DNA from: an uncultured delta proteobacterium
GTDB lineage: Bacteria; Myxococcota_A; Polyangia; Polyangiales; B10-G4
Length of the DNA stretch: 64,000 nucleotides
NCBI GenBank assembly: GCA_963727445.1
Contig: CAVSGI010000012.1
Location: forward strand, 285,515 to 349,514
Reading direction: 5' to 3'
In this document: positions 58,808-64,000 of the stretch, one piece after another
Layout of the letters: each line of letters opens with the position of its first letter
Numbering within the stretch: the first letter of the stretch is position 1
Notes under the pieces: model-generated
Database searches by the model: none
The model's input: the letters and a program-made list of their open reading frames with translations, nothing else
Told to the model about the DNA's origin: nothing
Position numbers and translations under genes: made by a program

Positions 58808-60667
58808 TCAACGCTGACCCGGCCCGCGTGCCGCGTCGGGGAGGGACAGGACGTGGACCCGGCCGCCGGAGATGAAGGCCACGCGGGTGACGTTGGGTGA
58901 AACCACGACGTCTTTCGCGCTGACAGCCTCGGGGCTCCATCCTTCGGGTCGGAGCAGGAGGGTTTGGGCGGGTGGTCCCCGCCGGTGGACGGCGATCCCA
59001 TGAGGGGTGGCGAGGGCATACGCGGAGCCGTCACGCGTCGCACCGCCACCGAGGATGGGCGCGGGGGCAGGCTCGCCTGCGGCGAGCGGTTGCGGGCTGC
59101 CGGCGGCTTGCCCGTCGATGGTCAGGGGAACGACGACCATCTCGCCGCGCCGGACCGCGACCACACCTTGCGGTGCCCAGCCGACGACGCGGAAACCGCC
59201 GTCGTCCTGACGGACGTCCGCGGGCAGGTTCGGACAGCGGGCGCCCGGCGGCGGCGCCTTCGCAGAGAGGAGCGGCCTCGACAACGGTCGGCCCGCCACC
59301 ACACCCGCGACCACGTCGGAGGCGCGGACGATGGACAACACGTAGCCATCGCAGCTTCGTTCGATGGCCGTGACCGCGAGCTCGCCGGTGGGATCGGTGA
59401 GGACCTCCTGCGTGTCTTGATGCGGGGTCGCGGGAGGCGCGCTCGCCGAGGCGAGGTCGAGGATCTGCGGCGGGCTCCCGTGGACGAGCAGGTGCGTGTC
59501 GTCGAGGAAGCTCAACATCGGGAGACGTACCGGAGGGCCGGGAGGCGGGGTGACCGTCGGGCCCTCGACGTCGCTGAGCCCGTCGGTGGTGGTCATCGCT
59601 TCGAGGGCCTGGTTTGCCGTTCTACGATCGGCGCGCGAGACCTCGTAGCCCGGATCGTCGAGGCGATCGGCGGCGGCGAGCGCCCCCCAGACGTCGCCTG
59701 CTCGCGCGAGGGCTGCGGTCGCGACGGCGGCCGCCTTCCCGGCAGCGCTAGACGCGCCGCAGGCGAGCCCGTCGGTGGAGCCGAAGCGCACGCGCGGCGC
59801 GCCGCCTTCGCGACAGAGTACCGCGTGAAGCGCCAGGGCACGGCGCGCGATGGGAAGCGCGGCTTCGGGATCGCGGCCGAGCGCCTCAGCGGCAGCGCTC
59901 GCGATGGTCTCGAGGCTCGCCTCGGGCTCGGCGGTGTCGCGCGCGAGCCCCGAGGGGCGGTCGAGCCACGCCATCGGAGCGCGTGCGGGCTCGCCGCCCG
60001 CTTCGTCGCGCACGCTCACGTCGAGGAGCGCGTCGAGGTGGCCGTCCTCGTCGCGGTCGACCACGCGAAGGGCGACGGTGACGTTGCCTTCGGCGCGTCC
60101 TTCGGGGGGCAACAGCACGATCTGCTCGTAGGCGCGCGGTGTGCCCTCGACCGAGAGGATCCACAGGCTCTCGTCGCTGTCGCCTTCGCAGGTGCGCACA
60201 GTGCGCGCCACGGCATAGGTCGGGGAGATGGTGGAGAGCTCCGCGGTCGTGACCTCACAGCCCTCGCGGGCGGGGAGCGCCTCACCGAGGCGGCGGAGCG
60301 CACCGAACGTGCTCCCATCGCGTCGCGCGAAGGCCACCTCCACGCCGCTGCCCTGCGCCACGATGGCCAGCGCGTCGCGATCGCCGTCGTCGTCGAAGTC
60401 GGCGGCGAGGAGCGCGCGAATGTCGCCGGCCGCGCTCTCGAGAGGCGCGCCCTCCACAGCGACCGAGCGGCTGCCTTCCGCCAGAGCGCGACCGGTGGTC
60501 GGCTCGAAGTCCTCGGGGATGGTGGCGGCGCCGCCCGCGGCCGTCTCGGTTTGGCCGGAGGCCTCCGTCACCTCGCGGCCGAAGGGAACCTCCGCGTCGT
60601 CGCCGCAGGCGCCGAGGGCGAGTTGCATCGCCAGGAGGGGACCGAGGCCGGTGGGTCGGAGGCGCAT
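58808..60667 (-). CDS. Hypothetical lipoprotein
   Basis: Lipobox LGAC and two DxDxDG motifs (DFDDDGDRD, DRDEDGHLD). Confidence 0.75.
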   Translation of the reverse strand: MRLRPTGLGPLLAMQLALGACGDDAEVPFGREVTEASGQTETAAGGAATIPEDFEPTTGRALAEGSRSVAVEGAPLESAAGDIRALLAADFDDDGDRDALAIVAQGSGVEVAFARRDGSTFGALRRLGEALPAREGCEVTTAELSTISPTYAVARTVRTCEGDSDESLWILSVEGTPRAYEQIVLLPPEGRAEGNVTVALRVVDRDEDGHLDALLDVSVRDEAGGEPARAPMAWLDRPSGLARDTAEPEASLETIASAAAEALGRDPEAALPIARRALALHAVLCREGGAPRVRFGSTDGLACGASSAAGKAAAVATAALARAGDVWGALAAADRLDDPGYEVSRADRRTANQALEAMTTTDGLSDVEGPTVTPPPGPPVRLPMLSFLDDTHLLVHGSPPQILDLASASAPPATPHQDTQEVLTDPTGELAVTAIERSCDGYVLSIVRASDVVAGVVAGRPLSRPLLSAKAPPPGARCPNLPADVRQDDGGFRVVGWAPQGVVAVRRGEMVVVPLTIDGQAAGSPQPLAAGEPAPAPILGGGATRDGSAYALATPHGIAVHRRGPPAQTLLLRPEGWSPEAVSAKDVVVSPNVTRVAFISGGRVHVLSLPDAARGPGQR

Positions 60668-60732
60668 GAAGGGAAGGCTTGTAGCACGCAGTCCGTGATG
60701 GGGACGCCCGCGGGGGCTAAAACGAAACTCAG

Positions 60733-62274
60733 GTGCGCTTTCTTCCCCCGGTTTTCGGCCTGCTCCTGGCGGCGTTCGGCGCGGCTTTCGTCCGCGCTGG
60801 CTGCGGCGCAGGAGCCGGAGGAGACCGAGGACGACGAGGGAGGCTCCTCGTCTTCCGCGCACGCATCACGGTGAGTACCGGCTGCGCACGAACCTGATGA
60901 GCCCCATCGCGCTCACCCGAGGGGCCGGGCGATCCCACCGGTGAGCGCGGGACCCTCGGCCAGGGCTTCTGGGCCAATCAGTGGCTGCGCCTCGGCGGCG
61001 AGCTCGCGCTCGAGCCGCTCTTTCGCGTGGTGGGACAGATCGACGTGCTCGACGGCGTTCTCTTCGGCGACTTCACCCGCGGCGTGTACGCCGCCAAGCG
61101 GCCGAGAGACGACGTGACGGCGATCCGGGGGTTCGATCCGCGCGCGCTCTATCTCGAGTGGCGCTCTCCCTTCGGGCCGCTCTCCGCCGGCTTGATGACG
61201 CGACACTGGGGCCTCGGCACGCTGGTCAACGACGGCGCGCATCGACCGGTCTTCGGCGACTACCGCTACGGTGACGTGGTGGCGCGGCTGCTCTTGTCGG
61301 CGGATCTCATGGGCGAAGGATCACCGCTCAAGCTCGCGGTGGGTGCCGACATCGTCTATGACGACATGCGCGCGAAGCTCGTCGATGGAGATCAGGCGCT
61401 CGAGGGGATGCTGGCGCTGTTCTACGAAGAGGGCGACCGCGTCCTCGGTCTCTACGGTCTGTTCCGAACACAGCGGCGTGACGACGTGGCGTCACCCGCG
61501 AGCTTCGAGGAGATCGTCGACACCATCAGCGTGGATGCGTTCGCGCGGCGGGACCTTCCGGAGCCGTCGGGCGGACGGATCGAAGCCGCCTTCGAGGGTT
61601 CCTTCACCTTCGGGTCGAGCACGGCACATCGGACGCCGGATCGGCCGAGTCAGGACATTCGGCAGTGGGTGCTGGCGGCGCAGGTGGGGCGGAAGGGCGA
61701 GAGCCTCGACGTGGTGCTGGAGGGCGGCTTCACCAGCGGCGATGCGGACCCCACCGACGGGGTGCAATCGCGTGGCACGATGCACCCCGATCATCGCGTG
61801 GGATTGGTGATGTTTCCGGAGACGCTGGCGTGGCAGACCGCGCGCTCGGCGACCTTGATGATCGCGCCCGACATCGCGGGGCGTTCGTTTCCAGGGGCGC
61901 GCTTCTATCCGACGAACGGCGGTGTGGCCGGAGCGCTCTACCTCTTTCCCCACGTCATCGCGCGACCCAACGAGATGCTCCAGTTGCGTTTCGGTGCCGT
62001 GGTGGGCGTCGCGAGCGCCGACGTGGTCGACCCCTATCGTTTCCATCTGCTCGGGCAGATCGCGAGCTATCGCGGGGGCGACCCGCGGGCGCGGGACCTG
62101 GGGCTCGAGCTCGACGCTTCGATTCTGCTTCATGGAGAGATCGCGCGCGGGGTGACGCTGCGCGGGGGGCTCGAGGGCGGCGTTCACTTTCCCGGGCACG
62201 CCTTCGACGACGCTGCGGGACAGATGCTCGGCCCCGTCGGGCTCTTACGTGTGCTGACGGGGCTGACGTTTTGA
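60733..62274 (+). CDS. Outer-membrane beta-barrel protein; N-terminus broken by at least three frameshifts
   Basis: Amphipathic strands, HWGLG..NDG, DLGLELD and C-terminal Phe (GLTF). Upstream pieces MRFLPPVFGLLLAAF / SSALAAAQEPE / HGEYRLRTNL / GTLGQGFWANQWLRL lie in different frames. Confidence 0.75.
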
Positions 62275-62314
62275 GCCGGATCCGGTTCTCCGAAATTTGA
62301 TAGTCTTCGATGAG

Positions 62315-64000
62315 GTGGGGGAGAACGATAGCGACCACAAGGAAAGTGGCGAGGTCGAGCGCTTGCGCGCGCGGGTCGAAGAGCTCGAGGCGGTGGAGCG
62401 CAGCACCGCCGACGCCCTCGCCTCGCTCATGTCTGCCACGCCCGTGTTCGTCAGCCGTATCGACGCCGACCTCCGGTTCCGCTTCTTGAACCGTCTCCAA
62501 CCTGGTATCCCGATGGAACGGATCATCGGAAGCTCGGTCTTCGACTTCATCGACCCTGCCTACCACGATGTCGCGGGAAGGGCGTTCGCGCACACCCAAG
62601 CCACCGGGGAGGGTGGGTTCTACGTCGCGAAAGGGCGAGGAGCGCACGGAGAGGAAGCGACCTATCAGACCCACGTCGCCCCTGCGCGCGAGCCAGATGG
62701 TCGATTCGGCTTCTTCTTGATCGCGGTCGACGTCACCGAGGAGCTCGAGCGCGAAAAAGCCCTTCGGGAGAGCAAGCAGATGCTGGACTTCGCGCTCGAG
62801 GCGACGAAGCTCGGCCTCTGGAGCTGGGACCCGAAGACGGGCGAGACCGTCTGGGACGACCGCATGAAGGAGATCATCGGCAGCGACCAACCATTCGGGT
62901 TGAAGCAATACGCCGAGGAGCTGGTCCACCCGGAGGACCGGGAGCTCGTTCGACGAGGCGGTGGCCGGACGCTCGAACGAAAGCGCTTTCATGCACAACC
63001 GCACCGCATCGTACGCCCGGACGGCGAGGTGCGCTGGATGCTCACCGTGGGCGAGGTCGTGACAGACGACGAGGGCAACGTAATCCGCATCGTCGGAGGC
63101 CAGCTCGACATCACCGAACAGCGAATGCTCGAAGAGCAACTGCGCCGCGCGCAGAAGATGGAAGCGGTAGGGAACCTGACGGCCGGAGTGGCGCACAACT
63201 TCAACAACATGCTCATGGCCGTCCTCCCGAGCCTGGATCTCATCCGCGAGGTCGTTCCCCCTACCCATGTGGAGATCGTCGAGGAAACAGCGGCCGCGGC
63301 CGAGCGTGCAGCCGATATGGTGCGCCAGCTGATGACGTTCACCGGGCAGCGGCCGCGTGAGCGGCGTGGAACCTCCGACCTCGGCGCGCTCGTCGAGCAG
63401 CTCGTTGCGATGGGTCAGCGCACGTTCGACCCACGCATCGAGTTCGCCTGCGTCGTCGAACCCGACACACCTCGCGTCGCTGCGAGCGCTTCGGAGATGG
63501 AGCAGATCCTGATGAATCTACTCCTCAACGCGAGAGACGCCGTGCTGGAGCCGGGCGCCTCGAGCCAGCGGATCGAGGTCCACGTCGGTGTCGCTTCGGA
63601 CGACGATACGATGGTGGCGGCGAGCGTTCGCGACCATGGCGCGGGCATGACCGAAGCCGCGAAGCGGCAAGCATTCGAGCCGTTCTTCACGACGAAGGAG
63701 GTCGGTAAGGGGACGGGCCTCGGGCTCGCTACGAGCTACGCCATCGCGCGCGACAACGGCGGCACCATCGAGATTGACTCCGAGCTCGGCGTGGGGACGA
63801 CCGCCCGGCTCCGAGTCCCGCTCGATCCGGCAGCTCGTGTGGAGGAGGGAGACTCGCCCGCGCCCCCATCACCTGAGCCGCCCATGTCGCGTGGGAGCGT
63901 TCTGGTGATCGATGACGAGCCGCTCGTCCTCGCGGTCGTCGAACGAGCGCTCGGTAAGGCGGGCTACGTAGTGTCGGTCGCCCGGGACTCAGAGGAGGCG
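62315..64000 (+). CDS. PAS-PAS hybrid histidine kinase, truncated at the right window edge
   Basis: Hand-translated: GLWSWDP PAS, AQKMEAVGNLTAGVAHNFNN, NLLLNARDA, FEPFFTTKEVGKGTGLGL and receiver start VLVIDDE. Confidence 0.92.
   Translation, partial: MGENDSDHKESGEVERLRARVEELEAVERSTADALASLMSATPVFVSRIDADLRFRFLNRLQPGIPMERIIGSSVFDFIDPAYHDVAGRAFAHTQATGEGGFYVAKGRGAHGEEATYQTHVAPAREPDGRFGFFLIAVDVTEELEREKALRESKQMLDFALEATKLGLWSWDPKTGETVWDDRMKEIIGSDQPFGLKQYAEELVHPEDRELVRRGGGRTLERKRFHAQPHRIVRPDGEVRWMLTVGEVVTDDEGNVIRIVGGQLDITEQRMLEEQLRRAQKMEAVGNLTAGVAHNFNNMLMAVLPSLDLIREVVPPTHVEIVEETAAAAERAADMVRQLMTFTGQRPRERRGTSDLGALVEQLVAMGQRTFDPRIEFACVVEPDTPRVAASASEMEQILMNLLLNARDAVLEPGASSQRIEVHVGVASDDDTMVAASVRDHGAGMTEAAKRQAFEPFFTTKEVGKGTGLGLATSYAIARDNGGTIEIDSELGVGTTARLRVPLDPAARVEEGDSPAPPSPEPPMSRGSVLVIDDEPLVLAVVERALGKAGYVVSVARDSEEA

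Noticed and set aside
1..64000. tRNA, rRNA, transposase, integrase or prophage genes
   Set aside because: No recognisable motifs found by eye; a tRNAscan/Infernal run would be needed to exclude small RNAs.

Overview
GC-rich bacterial chromosomal segment. The gene content (many Cys-rich lipoproteins, a MYXO-CTERM-like tail, PAS hybrid kinases) suggests a myxobacterium; this is an inference. It holds about 44 protein-coding genes, dominated by exported or lipoprotein surface proteins (three beta-helix paralogs, FG-GAP, RCC1, PQQ-propeller, knottin-like repeats, a DNase I-like nuclease, a GH99-like hydrolase) alongside housekeeping genes (kup, rnr, a nucleoside phosphorylase, an acyl-CoA dehydrogenase). 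The most notable locus is a three-gene MNIO (DUF692) RiPP operon at 47.7-49.7 kb. Its precursor has a lipoprotein signal and five acidic E(A/G)SC repeats, a lipid-anchored variant of the HvfA/bufferin-type metal-binding peptides, and it is followed by an internal terminator. Also notable is an Arn-like amino-sugar modification locus with an aminotransferase-methyltransferase fusion (3.1-8.8 kb). Several single-base frameshifts look like sequencing errors, three of them at GATCTG-derived sites. I saw no rRNA, tRNA, CRISPR array or transposase. All family assignments come from motif recognition by eye, not from database searches.
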